Shown here piece by piece: positions 1 through 9,317 of a stretch of DNA of 46,050 bases. The position numbers were made by a program, and so were the translations under genes. The DNA comes from an uncultured Mageeibacillus sp. (GTDB lineage: Bacteria; Bacillota; Clostridia; Saccharofermentanales; DTU023), in assembly GCA_964345335.1 (NCBI GenBank), contig CAYFQU010000005.1, positions 1 to 46,050 of the forward strand, given 5' to 3'. How positions within the stretch are numbered: position 1 is the first letter of the stretch; each line of letters begins with the position of its first letter. The notes beneath the pieces were generated by a model. The model ran no database searches, was not told the origin of the DNA, and saw nothing but the letters and a program-made list of their open reading frames with translations.

Positions 1-45
1 CTACGGATCAGAAGGTTGGGGGTTCAAGTCCTCTAGGGTACGCCA
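1..45 (+). tRNA. tRNA-Arg(ACG), 3' part only; the window starts inside the anticodon loop
   Basis: The sequence reads as anticodon loop CTACGGA (anticodon ACG), 3' anticodon stem TCAGA, variable loop AGGTT and a T-arm GGGGG/TTCAAGT/CCTCT. It ends with 3' acceptor AGGGTAC, discriminator G and an encoded CCA. It closely resembles Bacillus-type tRNA-Arg(ACG). Confidence 0.75.
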
Positions 46-46
46 T

Positions 47-80
47 AAAACTGTTCTTCAACTGAAGGACAGTTTTTTTA
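47..80. terminator. Bidirectional rho-independent terminator between the tRNA (+) and the lipoprotein gene (-)
   Basis: The stem is ctgttcttc / gaaggacag (one G-U pair) with loop aact. A T7 run follows on the + strand and an A-run precedes it, which gives a T-run on the - strand. Confidence 0.7.
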
Positions 81-84
81 TTAA

Positions 85-1455
85 TTATTCATTCACAACC
101 GTTAAGATCAAATTTTTGACCATTGTATTGTCAACCTGAACGATCAGTTCCGTCTTTGCCCCTTGCGCTGCCGAGCTCTGAATAATATAATCGGCTTCCG
201 GCGAAAACGGATACTGACGATAAAAATCCGTCAAGTTCATGCCATAATAAATAGCATCATCTTGTCCATGAGGTCCGCCTAAAGCAATATCCTTTGAAAC
301 ATTGGTAATTTCCAGACGATCGATAACCCCTGCCCAAGTTTTTGTTTTAAAATCGGCTTCTCCTCTAATCAAAAATGAAATTTGCGGATAAGTGATCCTC
401 CAAAATTGAACCGTTTCATCGTTTTTATCTTTTAAATTTGTCTGGCTGACACGTGGTTTTCCCAGAATCGAATCAAACATAAAATTATAATAGGTTTGTC
501 TGATTCCGTTGCTCGACCAAGATAATAGGAATTGATCTTTATAATAAACATTCAAGTGATAATTTTTGATTGTCTGCGGATAAGGATCCGAAACGGTAAT
601 TTGATTATTTCTATATTTAAAAGTACAAGTACGTAGATTCTCCTGTACACTGTTCAGCGTGTCCAATTCCTGCAAAAATGAAATCTTATTGGGCAGGACA
701 GCTATCGGCACACTTTTCGTCGCTTCCGTCTTAATTTGCATACGATAGTAATCCATCAATAAATTTGCTTTGTTTTCTTCGATCGAGAGGATTTGATCAT
801 CAACCGGTTGCACATAACCCTGTGCTAAAAGCCAAGACAACATATCTACATCCCTTTGCTCAATGGCATCGAAATAGAGTTTCGCAAAGTTCGAAATTTC
901 ATTTGTCCTTTTCACCCATTCTTCTGCCAGATAAGGATGTCCGATGGCATCATGCTGAACGGCAATAATACTTTTGTGCGCAGAGCTGTTATCATTGAAT
1001 TCATATTGCAATTCATAAAATTCAGAATCTTCAGCCATCAGAGCTAAACTAGGTACATCAGTCGTAATCTCGAGTATATAGTCCTTTTTCTCAGCGCTTG
1101 TTAAGCGACGGAAAGCAACAATATGTGAATTGCTATGCTCCAGCATTTCCAGATATGTCGTGAAATCATGCAAGGAAAGATTTGTTTTCATTTCTGCCGG
1201 AATGGCATTATACACATCAATAACCGAGACATTATTATTGGCGATATCAACAAAGGCCGAAATCAAAGATACATCTGTAATCTGTCCGTTTTTATCTTTA
1301 TTAAGGAGATAATTTTGATCACTTTTATGCAATAAACTTTTTAAGGTCTTTTCTTCCTGATTCGGCATAACAAAGCAAGCAGTCATACTCAGCATCAATA
1401 GTGCACAGCTCAAAAAAAGTAAAATTGTTCTTTTTATATTTTTCGGCATTTTCAT
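85..1455 (-). CDS. Putative lipoprotein of unknown function
   Basis: 456-aa ORF whose N-terminus MKMPKNIKRTILLFLSCALLMLSMTAC has a positive n-region, a hydrophobic core and a lipobox-like MTAC. The start lies 5 nt after the sigH stop and is preceded by aaaggaa. I recognise no family motif. Confidence 0.5.
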   Translation of the reverse strand: MKMPKNIKRTILLFLSCALLMLSMTACFVMPNQEEKTLKSLLHKSDQNYLLNKDKNGQITDVSLISAFVDIANNNVSVIDVYNAIPAEMKTNLSLHDFTTYLEMLEHSNSHIVAFRRLTSAEKKDYILEITTDVPSLALMAEDSEFYELQYEFNDNSSAHKSIIAVQHDAIGHPYLAEEWVKRTNEISNFAKLYFDAIEQRDVDMLSWLLAQGYVQPVDDQILSIEENKANLLMDYYRMQIKTEATKSVPIAVLPNKISFLQELDTLNSVQENLRTCTFKYRNNQITVSDPYPQTIKNYHLNVYYKDQFLLSWSSNGIRQTYYNFMFDSILGKPRVSQTNLKDKNDETVQFWRITYPQISFLIRGEADFKTKTWAGVIDRLEITNVSKDIALGGPHGQDDAIYYGMNLTDFYRQYPFSPEADYIIQSSAAQGAKTELIVQVDNTMVKNLILTVVNE

Positions 1456-1460
1456 TTCCT

Positions 1461-2096
1461 TTAATGATTGTTTTGTCTGAAAGCCATAATTTTTTTACGT
1501 ATTCTTTGCAAAGCTCCGTCTATACTCTTATTGGAAACAGAGAGCAGCTCTGCCATTTCATTATACTTTCTTCCCTGCAAATATAAAGTCATCACTTGAT
1601 ATTCAAAGTCGCTGAGATTATTTTTTAAATAAAGATTTAATTGATGAATGCGTTCTTGATCAAGTAATTTACTTTCCGGATCAGCGATTTGTTCATCCGG
1701 AATCAAATCGATAAAACTTTCATCAGTAAAAGAAGCATCGGTATCAATTTTAAAGTCCAGAGAAAGGCTTTGATTCAAGGGTTCATGCTTACGCCGTGCC
1801 GCTTTACGAATCGCATCATATAAGCGAGATTCAACGACCTGAGCAGCAAATTTACCAAACGGCACATTTTTGCTTTTATCAAAAAGGGAAATTGCCTGAT
1901 ATAATCCGATCATTCCCTCTTGAATCAAATCTTCCTGATCGCCACCCTGAAGGAAATATTGCCTTGCTTTAACACTGACCATGCCTTTATATTTCATAAT
2001 CAAATGTTCAACGGCAAGCTCATCGCCTTTGCGGATTTGCTCGATATAATACTCATCTGTTTTAAATTGAGATGTATCGGATATGCTGTGAGACAT
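1461..2096 (-). CDS. sigH: RNA polymerase sigma factor SigH (sigma-70 family, group 3)
   Basis: 211 aa, collinear with B. subtilis SigH (..KARQYFLQGGDQEDLIQEGMIGLYQAI.., ..RRKHEPLNQSLSLD.., C-terminal SIDGALQRIRKK). It sits in the conserved cysS-mrnC-rlmB-sigH context. Confidence 0.85.
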   Translation of the reverse strand: MSHSISDTSQFKTDEYYIEQIRKGDELAVEHLIMKYKGMVSVKARQYFLQGGDQEDLIQEGMIGLYQAISLFDKSKNVPFGKFAAQVVESRLYDAIRKAARRKHEPLNQSLSLDFKIDTDASFTDESFIDLIPDEQIADPESKLLDQERIHQLNLYLKNNLSDFEYQVMTLYLQGRKYNEMAELLSVSNKSIDGALQRIRKKIMAFRQNNH

Positions 2097-2101
2097 GCCT
2101 A

Positions 2102-2866
2102 TTATGCTTTTTCCAATCTTTGCAAGGTAGCTTCAAAAACAATAATTCCTGTAGCAACCGCTGCATTTAAAGAATTTATTTTACCCTGCATAGGAATTGT
2201 CAACAAAAAATCACATCTTTTTTTGATATTTTCGCTCATGCCCTTGCCTTCATTGCCAATAATCAAAGCAATATTCCCCTGATAATTTGCTTTTTGATAA
2301 TTCTCGGCATTTTGCACTTCAGTACCGAAAATCCAAAAGTTGCGTTTTTTTATATTGTCAATAAAAGTAGCTATATTGGTCACCCGGGCGATGGGCACAA
2401 ATTCCACGGCTCCGGCTGATGCTTTAGCTACATGGGCGTCAACCGATACAGATCTGCGTTCCGGTATAACAATTAAGTCAATCCCTGCGGCCTCAGCGAT
2501 ACGAATGATCGAGCCAAAATTATAGCCGTCTTGTAAATTATCTAAGATCAAAATAAAAGGATGCTTGCCAGCTTCTAATTTTTGTTCGATCAGTACATAT
2601 GGATCAATATAATCTTTTGCGGAAACCTGGGCAATAATACCTTGATGACCTGAAGTTTGTGCCATATTTTCCAGGACATCTTTCTCGACCTCCATGATCA
2701 CGGCACCTTTCTTTTTGCATTCGGTAATCAGCTCATTTAAGCGATGATCGCGCGGCTGATCGGATTTGGCAATCCAGATTTTGTTGATGGAACGACCAGC
2801 GCGCAAAGCTTCTTGTACCGGATTACGACCCTCAATTAAATCCAAATATTTATGTTCTTTATTCAA
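2102..2866 (-). CDS. rlmB: 23S rRNA (guanosine-2'-O)-methyltransferase RlmB/YacO (SpoU/TrmH family)
   Basis: 254 aa with SpoU motifs (LDNLQDGYNFGSIIRIAEAAG, LIIGNEGKGMS, IPMQGKINSLNAAVATGI) and the conserved position after mrnC. Confidence 0.85.
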   Translation of the reverse strand: MNKEHKYLDLIEGRNPVQEALRAGRSINKIWIAKSDQPRDHRLNELITECKKKGAVIMEVEKDVLENMAQTSGHQGIIAQVSAKDYIDPYVLIEQKLEAGKHPFILILDNLQDGYNFGSIIRIAEAAGIDLIVIPERRSVSVDAHVAKASAGAVEFVPIARVTNIATFIDNIKKRNFWIFGTEVQNAENYQKANYQGNIALIIGNEGKGMSENIKKRCDFLLTIPMQGKINSLNAAVATGIIVFEATLQRLEKA

Positions 2867-2875
2867 AATGTTCTC

Positions 2876-3268
2876 CTAGATCAATGTTCGTTCAAACTGC
2901 AAATTGGATTGTGAAACAGATAATAGTTCCAAAATACGTTCCTTGTCACCGTTTAAATATAAATAGCCGATCAAAGCCTCAAAACCAGTTGCCCGGCGAT
3001 ATTCAGCAGGATTAACCTGACGGGCATGGGGCACAGAATGATTGCTCGCTCTTTTAACGATGCTTTTTTCCAAGTCACTGAGCTGCCCTTCTATACATTT
3101 TAGAGCAGCGGATTGTGCCGCAGCATTAACTAAAGCAATTACTTCCCTGTGAATGGCTCCGGATTTCGCCTGATAGGTTTTTAAAACAGCCATGCGGATC
3201 GCCAATTCATAGACCGCATCGCCAATATAAGCTAATGTCGAAATTGGTAATTCACTAACCGGCAACAT
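2876..3268 (-). CDS. mrnC: Mini-ribonuclease 3 (Mini-III)
   Basis: 130 aa with the LAYIGDAVYEL RNase III-like signature. It overlaps the cysS stop by 1 nt, as in the Bacillus yazC arrangement. Confidence 0.8.
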   Translation of the reverse strand: MLPVSELPISTLAYIGDAVYELAIRMAVLKTYQAKSGAIHREVIALVNAAAQSAALKCIEGQLSDLEKSIVKRASNHSVPHARQVNPAEYRRATGFEALIGYLYLNGDKERILELLSVSQSNLQFERTLI

Positions 3269-4683
3269 TATTCCTCGTTTTTTGATACTTTAGGACCTTG
3301 CGGCGTATCTTCAATACGATACCCTGCAGCGATGATCTCATCTCTTAACTGATCAGCTTTGGCAAAGTCACGTTCCGCTTTGGCACGGCTTCTTAATTCT
3401 ACTTTTTCTAAAATTTCTACCGGAATTACATGGTCTGCTTGATGTTCCGGTTTTAAGCCTAATACATCACATAATTTCAGAATTAAGTCATGCGTACTTT
3501 GCAAGGCATCTTGCGCAATATTGAATTCGGCAGTAGCAGCATTGACAAAGCGTACCAGATTGAAAATTGCCGCGAAAGCATCAGGTGTATTCAAATCATT
3601 GTCCATGGCCGTTTCGAAATCCTGAACAGTCTGCTGATTAAAATCTCTTAATTCCTGAGATTTATCCTGATCGATTTCCGTATATGTCTGTTCCAGCAAA
3701 AAGCTGATATGGCTGACACAATTTTTGATTCTTTGCCAACCGTTGGCGGCCGCTTCTAAAGGTTCTTTTTCAAAATTAATCGGCATGCGATAATGAGCTT
3801 GTAACATGAAGAAACGTATCACATCATAACCAAATTGATTGGCCAGCTCTCTGACCAGGAAAAAGTTACCGCCGGATTTTGCCATTTTTACATTATCTAC
3901 ATTGATGAAACCATTATGCATCCAATAACGCACGAAGGGTTCACCATTGGCTGCTTCGCTCTGAGCAATTTCATTTTCATGATGCGGGAAAATCAAATCC
4001 ATACCACCGGCATGAATATCCACGGTATTGCCTAAATATTTTTTACTCATAGCGGAACATTCAATATGCCAACCCGGTCTGCCTTCTCCCCAAGGAGAAT
4101 CCCAGGCAGGCTCATTTTCTTTTTTGAATTTCCATAAGACGAAATCGCTCATATTCTTCTTTTCATTATGGATATCAACACGTTCCGAAGCACCCGCTTC
4201 CTGTTCTTCTAAATCACGCTTTGACAATTTGCCATAATCTTGAAATTTTGAAGTATCATAATAGACACCATCTTCCAAAACATAAGTAAAGCCTTTTTCT
4301 TCCAAGACTTTAATCATATCCAAAATTTCGGGAATTGTTTCGGTGGCTCTGGGATGATTGTCCGCACGCATAATATTAAGCTGATCAGCATCAAAGTAAT
4401 ACTCTTTGATCATTTCTTCCGCTAATTCCTGCACAGAAATTTTTCTGGACTGTGCACGATTGATCATTTTGTCATCGATATCAGTAAAGTTCTGCACATA
4501 AGTCACAGAATAACCCTTATACAATAAATATCGACGCAATGTATCATATACGATAAACGGTCTGGCATTACCTAAATGAAACAAATCATATACCGTCGGA
4601 CCGCAAACATAAATCGTAAAATGATTATCTTTCAGCGGAATCAACTCTTCTTCTTTTCTGCTAAGATCATTATAAACTCGCAT
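3268..4683 (-). CDS. cysS: Cysteine--tRNA ligase
   Basis: 471 aa with a class I HIGH-type motif (FHLGNARP), KMAKSGGN (KMSKS) and typical CysRS blocks (GWHIECSAM). Confidence 0.95.
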   Translation of the reverse strand: MRVYNDLSRKEEELIPLKDNHFTIYVCGPTVYDLFHLGNARPFIVYDTLRRYLLYKGYSVTYVQNFTDIDDKMINRAQSRKISVQELAEEMIKEYYFDADQLNIMRADNHPRATETIPEILDMIKVLEEKGFTYVLEDGVYYDTSKFQDYGKLSKRDLEEQEAGASERVDIHNEKKNMSDFVLWKFKKENEPAWDSPWGEGRPGWHIECSAMSKKYLGNTVDIHAGGMDLIFPHHENEIAQSEAANGEPFVRYWMHNGFINVDNVKMAKSGGNFFLVRELANQFGYDVIRFFMLQAHYRMPINFEKEPLEAAANGWQRIKNCVSHISFLLEQTYTEIDQDKSQELRDFNQQTVQDFETAMDNDLNTPDAFAAIFNLVRFVNAATAEFNIAQDALQSTHDLILKLCDVLGLKPEHQADHVIPVEILEKVELRSRAKAERDFAKADQLRDEIIAAGYRIEDTPQGPKVSKNEE

Positions 4684-4885
4684 GGAACGCCTCTCCTAAG
4701 TATTAAACATAAAATACCCCTGAATATGCACTTCTTTTGAGACCTAGCACAGTAACTAGGTGGGTGCTCTGCGGCGGTCTTAGATTTTCCGGTTAAGGCG
4801 TAATCGTATTCCGCATCGACTCCGAGCTCCCTTAAATATCTTGAAGGTTCAAATACGAAGCGTCTTATAACTCAAGGGTATATTT

Positions 4886-4914
4886 ACTATACAAAAAAGA
4901 TCGGAATTGTACAA
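4886..4914 (-). promoter_or_regulatory. Candidate sigma-A promoter for cysS (TTGTAC-17 nt-TATAGT)
   Basis: On the - strand the sequence reads TTGTAC aattccgatcttttttg TATAGT. It would give a leader of about 195 nt ahead of the cysS ATG. Confidence 0.4.
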
Positions 4915-4942
4915 GGATCTTCTATTTCCGGACTCGTTTTTT

Positions 4943-5752
4943 TCAGGAAAAATCTCTTTCTGTTGCAACTGTAAAAGCCCTGATTCGGCAGTTTTTTTCA
5001 AGCAAAGATTCCGCTGCGGAAAGCAAAGTCATACCGCTTGTCACAATGTCGTCAAATAAAATGATCTCTTTATCTTGCAAAAAATCTTCCCCTTTGCTCT
5101 GCAAAATATCCTGATTCAAGCAAAAAGCATTTCTGAGATTTATTCGTCTCTCCTCACGATGTTTCGTTTCGCTCTGCCTTTTTGTATTTTTGACACGCAG
5201 CAGAAGATCCGGCAAATAATAAATATTTGCCAGTCGAGCGATTTTGGCAGCGATCAGATCAGATTGATTATAGCCTCTTTCCTTAAAGCGTTTCACTGAT
5301 AAAGGAATCGGACATAAAATGATATTTCCAGATATTTCTTGCCAAATTTTTTGCGTTAATAAAAAGACTAATTCCGCTAAATAATCAGCTAAATATGCTT
5401 TTTGATAAAATTTTAATTGCAGCAAAAGCCGATCAATTGGTTTTTCATAGGAAAAAACCGTCATAACAGGAAACGGCAAATCTGTCATTCCATGCCAGAC
5501 AAGAGGTCTGAGCAGAGGTAAATCAGTCAGACATGCAGAGCATAATCCAAGCCGCCTGGTCAGGCTTTCCGCTTCATCCTTTTTTTGTGAAAAAGCCAGA
5601 TTGCCAAGTTTAGTCTTACTTGCTTTTTGCACGAAGCTCTGTTGCAAGGGCAAACCACAAGCTATGCAGGTATTTCCGGCAAGAAAATTGAGCCAATCTG
5701 ACTTTTTGTTATGTATCAATTTCACTACGCTTCTATTTTTTAATGGAGGCAA
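4943..5752 (-). CDS. comFC: ComF family protein (ComFC-like phosphoribosyltransferase-fold competence protein)
   Basis: 269 aa with N-terminal Cys pairs (CIACG ... CSAC) and a C-terminal PRTase motif ([14 protein letters not shown]). The TTG start overlaps the metK 3' end by 20 nt, so the exact start is uncertain. No comFA is adjacent. Confidence 0.75.
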   Translation of the reverse strand: MPPLKNRSVVKLIHNKKSDWLNFLAGNTCIACGLPLQQSFVQKASKTKLGNLAFSQKKDEAESLTRRLGLCSACLTDLPLLRPLVWHGMTDLPFPVMTVFSYEKPIDRLLLQLKFYQKAYLADYLAELVFLLTQKIWQEISGNIILCPIPLSVKRFKERGYNQSDLIAAKIARLANIYYLPDLLLRVKNTKRQSETKHREERRINLRNAFCLNQDILQSKGEDFLQDKEIILFDDIVTSGMTLLSAAESLLEKNCRIRAFTVATERDFS

Positions 5753-6914
5753 AAAGTGCTGTCTGATCTAATTTTTCCCAAGGCAAATTCAACTCTTTAT
5801 GTCCGAAATGTCCGTAATTTGCTGTCTGACGATAAATCGGCCGGCGTAAATCCAGGTGATGAATAATTGCTTCGGGTCTTAAATCGAAATGATCTTGAAT
5901 CAATTCAGCGATCTCTTCATCCGGTATAATGCCGGTGGAAAATGTATCAACAAAAATGGAAACCGGCTGTGCGACACCAATAGCATAGGCTAATTGTACT
6001 TCGCATTTTTCAGCCAGGCCGGCAGCAACAATATTTTTGGCTAAATAACGAGCCATATAACTCGCCGAACGATCAACTTTGGTCGGATCTTTGCCGGAGA
6101 GAGCTCCGCCACCATTTCTGGCATATCCGCCATAGGTATCAACAATAATTTTCCGGCCGGTTAAACCGGTATCTGCCATAGGTCCGCCAAGCACAAAACG
6201 GCCCGTCGGATTGATCAGCACTTTGGTCTGCTGATCAAAAAGATCTTGCGGCAAAATAGGTTTAAGCACATATTGCATAATCTCTTCTTCAACAATATCT
6301 AAACTGCATTCTTTCTTATGTTGTGTTGACACGACAACAGTGTCAATATGTACGGGTTTATCCTCTTCGTATGCGACCGTAACCTGCGTTTTCCCATCCG
6401 GTAAAAAGCTTTTAGCCGTTCCGTTTTTTCTGACCATTGTCAATTGTTTGCTCAAGCGATGAGCCAAATAAATTGGCAGGGGCAAATATTCGTCTGTTTC
6501 GGAATTAGCATAACCAAACATTAAACCTTGATCGCCTGCTCCTCCGGAAAAAGCGTCGTCTTTTAAGCCCATACGCTTTTCATATCCAATTGAAACGCCT
6601 TGCGCAATATCTTGTGATTGTTGATGAATAGCAAGAGAAATCGGATAATCGTCAGGATCAAGACCGGCTTTTGCATCATAACCGACATCACGCATGATTT
6701 CTCTGGCAATCTGCTCAACATCAAGCTCGGCTTTACTTGTGATCTCCCCTGCAATTAACATGCCGTAAGCATGAGCCATCACTTCACAGGCGACTCTGGA
6801 CATCGTGTCCTGTTTCAAGGCTTCATCCAATATTGCATCTGCAATCTGATCACAAACTTTGTCGGGATGACCTTCGGTTACGGATTCTGACGTAAATAAA
6901 TATTGTTTGCGCAT
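5733..6914 (-). CDS. metK: S-adenosylmethionine synthetase
   Basis: 393 aa with canonical MAT blocks ([45 protein letters not shown]). Confidence 0.97.
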   Translation of the reverse strand: MRKQYLFTSESVTEGHPDKVCDQIADAILDEALKQDTMSRVACEVMAHAYGMLIAGEITSKAELDVEQIAREIMRDVGYDAKAGLDPDDYPISLAIHQQSQDIAQGVSIGYEKRMGLKDDAFSGGAGDQGLMFGYANSETDEYLPLPIYLAHRLSKQLTMVRKNGTAKSFLPDGKTQVTVAYEEDKPVHIDTVVVSTQHKKECSLDIVEEEIMQYVLKPILPQDLFDQQTKVLINPTGRFVLGGPMADTGLTGRKIIVDTYGGYARNGGGALSGKDPTKVDRSASYMARYLAKNIVAAGLAEKCEVQLAYAIGVAQPVSIFVDTFSTGIIPDEEIAELIQDHFDLRPEAIIHHLDLRRPIYRQTANYGHFGHKELNLPWEKLDQTALFASIKK

Positions 6915-6961
6915 ATTCTATTCTCCTTTGCACTGTATCTTATCGATTTGTTTCAGCGAGA

Positions 6962-7092
6962 ATAAAAAAACCTCTCGACTGAGAGGTACTGTCACTCACT
7001 CATCTCTCAGGTAAACCTGACGGAATTGGCACCGTATTAACGGTTGCCGGGTTTCATTGGGCCGTTCCCTCCACCACTCTGGATAAGATATA
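6962..7092 (-). promoter_or_regulatory. SAM-I (S-box) riboswitch with intrinsic terminator, controlling metK
   Basis: The - strand reads cttatccagagtggtggagggaacggcccaatgaaacccggcaacc...ggtgccaattcc...gagagatgag, which matches the SAM-I core. It is followed by the hairpin cctctc-agtc-gagagg plus T7 (6962-6987). The 3' strand of P1 can alternatively pair with the 5' strand of the terminator. Confidence 0.92.
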
Positions 7093-7109
7093 AATTAAAA
7101 TGTTCTATT

Positions 7110-7138
7110 AAACTAACATACGAGTTACTTACTGTCAA
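7110..7138 (-). promoter_or_regulatory. Candidate promoter for the SAM riboswitch/metK transcript (TTGACA-17 nt-TAGTTT)
   Basis: On the - strand the sequence reads TTGACA gtaagtaactcgtatgt TAGTTT, about 20 nt upstream of the riboswitch P1. Confidence 0.35.
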
Positions 7139-7258
7139 TTTTTGTTTTTCTGATTTTTCTATTTTTTATCAAAAGAAATCTCTATTCCGCCTTCTAAATT
7201 TTTTATGCTGAAATAGCTATTCAACAGACTGTTTGATCAAAAACAAAAAGAGGAACTT

Positions 7259-8185
7259 ATGAAGAAAATATTATTGATTGATCCCAATATTTTATATGCC
7301 AAACGTGTAGAACAGAGTTTAAATCAACGCTTAAATCCATTAGCCTACATACGATCACAAACCAATTTTACGGATATCACCGACAAGACTGTACTCTATA
7401 TCGTGCATGAAAGCTTTGCAGAGTATTGGTCAAAAGAAGAAAGACCTCAAAAGATTATCTGGCTTAAAGAAAATCCGACCTGGGAAGAAGATACACGGAA
7501 CACTCTATTCCGTCAGAGCAAATTATCCGCTTGGCAGGCAAAAATTTTAGCACAAGTTGGAAACGAAGAGCCGGCAGATCATGACAAGTCAGAATTAACC
7601 CATGCCAAACTATATTTATTTTATGTATTCAATCAAGCTTATTATTTGAATTATTTTACGAAATTTATTCAGGAGCAAATGTATATAGGTAAAGACATCT
7701 TTTTATTACCGATAAAGCCTTTATATCAATGGTTTTATCAGGCAAAATTCAGTCAGGGAAGCACTTTATTCGAAATGCTTTTTCAGATTGAAAGGGGTAT
7801 TCCCCTTGACGGACAGGTGATCGGGCATATTTTCGAAAAGCAAAAAAGTGGTATCTATATTGCCCGTCCCGGTATACACAGTGAAGATATTCTGCAAATT
7901 GAACCAAAGGATTTATTATGCTTTATTCGTTTATTTCGGAATTTTATATCTACGCTCAGCGATACCGCCATCGGCATGATCGATTATCAAGGTTTATCTT
8001 TTGAACTATTAAAAAACATCGCCTTTCTCAGTGATGTTTGTCTGTTTGATGTGCCGGAAGAAAAATGTTTCGGAGCTAAAATCGGCAAAGAGTTAATTGC
8101 TGATTTTTTAGCAGAAAAACCTAATTCAACAAAATTTGTTCCATTGAGTTTAAAGAAAAACGAGGCAAAACATGTTAACGCATAA
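7259..8185 (+). CDS. Hypothetical protein, first gene of the Tad-like operon; sits in the TadZ/CpaE position but has no Walker A
   Basis: 308 aa with a good RBS (agagga). It overlaps the ATPase gene by 14 nt. The N-terminus MKKILLIDPN looks receiver-like. I see no GxxGxGK[ST] anywhere in the protein. Confidence 0.45.
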   Translation: MKKILLIDPNILYAKRVEQSLNQRLNPLAYIRSQTNFTDITDKTVLYIVHESFAEYWSKEERPQKIIWLKENPTWEEDTRNTLFRQSKLSAWQAKILAQVGNEEPADHDKSELTHAKLYLFYVFNQAYYLNYFTKFIQEQMYIGKDIFLLPIKPLYQWFYQAKFSQGSTLFEMLFQIERGIPLDGQVIGHIFEKQKSGIYIARPGIHSEDILQIEPKDLLCFIRLFRNFISTLSDTAIGMIDYQGLSFELLKNIAFLSDVCLFDVPEEKCFGAKIGKELIADFLAEKPNSTKFVPLSLKKNEAKHVNA

Positions 8186-9317
8186 ACAAAGACAAGAATA
8201 TATCGAACAACTTATTTCTAAAAATCAGGAAATAGATATTCTTAACGATCGAAAATTAATGCAGTTTCTCTCAAAAAAATTGGCGGAGAACCCTGATTTT
8301 TCAGAATTGAGTCTGTTGGACAGAAGAACTTTATTGACCCAATTGTTCAATACAATGCGAGGTTTGGATTTATTGCAACCATTGCTCAATGATGAAACCG
8401 TCACGGAAATCATGGTCAACGGTTATCAAGATATTTTTATTGAAAGATTTGGCAAAATTCATCGAGCAAATCTCAAATTTGACGATGTAAGTCATCTGAC
8501 TCATGTTATTACTAGATTTTTCGGCAAAGCCAATCGTTTAATCAATGAACAAAATCCGATTAATGGCATGCGTTTGGCAGACGGTTCGAGAATACATGCC
8601 GTTTTACCTCCTTCGGCCCCCGACGGTCCTGTTATGAGCATTCGGCGTTTTACAGGTATTCGCCCCGATATGAATGCGTTGCTGGAACATCAGACATTAA
8701 GCCAGGAAGCTGCCGATTTTTTAATTGAATGCGTGCATAACAAGAAAAATATATTTGTTTCAGGCGGAACCGGTACCGGCAAGACAACTTTTTTAAATGC
8801 TTTATCTTCTTATATCGGCGAAGATGAGCGCATTGTCACCATTGAGGATGCGGTTGAATTAGATTTACAGGGTATTCAAAACCTAGTCCGTCTGGAATCT
8901 CGCGAAGCTGGTCCTGACGGTTTAGGAGGGATTTCCTTAGAAGATTTGATCCGTTCTTCTCTGCGCTTAAGACCTGACCGAATTATCGTCGGAGAAATTC
9001 GAGGCAAGGAAGCATTTGAAATGATTCAAGCGATGAGTACAGGGCATCCGGGATCCATGTCAACCGGTCATGGCAATAACAGTCTAGAAATGCTGGATCG
9101 TATTTGTCTGATGATCCTCATGTCCTCCAGCTTGCCCTGGGAGGCTATTCGCAGATTAGTGGCATCTGCTCTGGATATTAATATTCATTTGAGCCGCCAA
9201 CCAAACGGTACCAGAGTAGTACAGGAAATTATCGAAATCCAAGGCTATGCTGATCAACAATTTGTGACAAAAACAATTTTTAAAAGAGTAGGAGAAAATT
9301 TAATATGGCAGCCGTAA
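8172..9317 (+). CDS. cpaF: CpaF/TadA-family type IV filament secretion ATPase
   Basis: 381 aa with Walker A VSGGTGTGKTT, Asp box ERIVTIEDAVEL, Walker B LRPDRIIVGEIRG, His box GHPGSMSTGHGN and the N-terminal TEIMVNG block. Confidence 0.88.
   Translation: MLTHKQRQEYIEQLISKNQEIDILNDRKLMQFLSKKLAENPDFSELSLLDRRTLLTQLFNTMRGLDLLQPLLNDETVTEIMVNGYQDIFIERFGKIHRANLKFDDVSHLTHVITRFFGKANRLINEQNPINGMRLADGSRIHAVLPPSAPDGPVMSIRRFTGIRPDMNALLEHQTLSQEAADFLIECVHNKKNIFVSGGTGTGKTTFLNALSSYIGEDERIVTIEDAVELDLQGIQNLVRLESREAGPDGLGGISLEDLIRSSLRLRPDRIIVGEIRGKEAFEMIQAMSTGHPGSMSTGHGNNSLEMLDRICLMILMSSSLPWEAIRRLVASALDINIHLSRQPNGTRVVQEIIEIQGYADQQFVTKTIFKRVGENLIWQP

Noticed and set aside
4741-4800. Possible T-box riboswitch upstream of cysS. 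The string GGTGGGTGCTCTGCGGCGG resembles the T-box core GGGTGGTACCGCGG.
   Set aside because: The resemblance is on the + strand, whereas cysS is on the - strand, and there is no + strand gene downstream for it to control. The match is also imperfect, and no Stem I motifs (AGAGA/GGUGNRA/AGUA) or terminator T-run were found on the correct strand.
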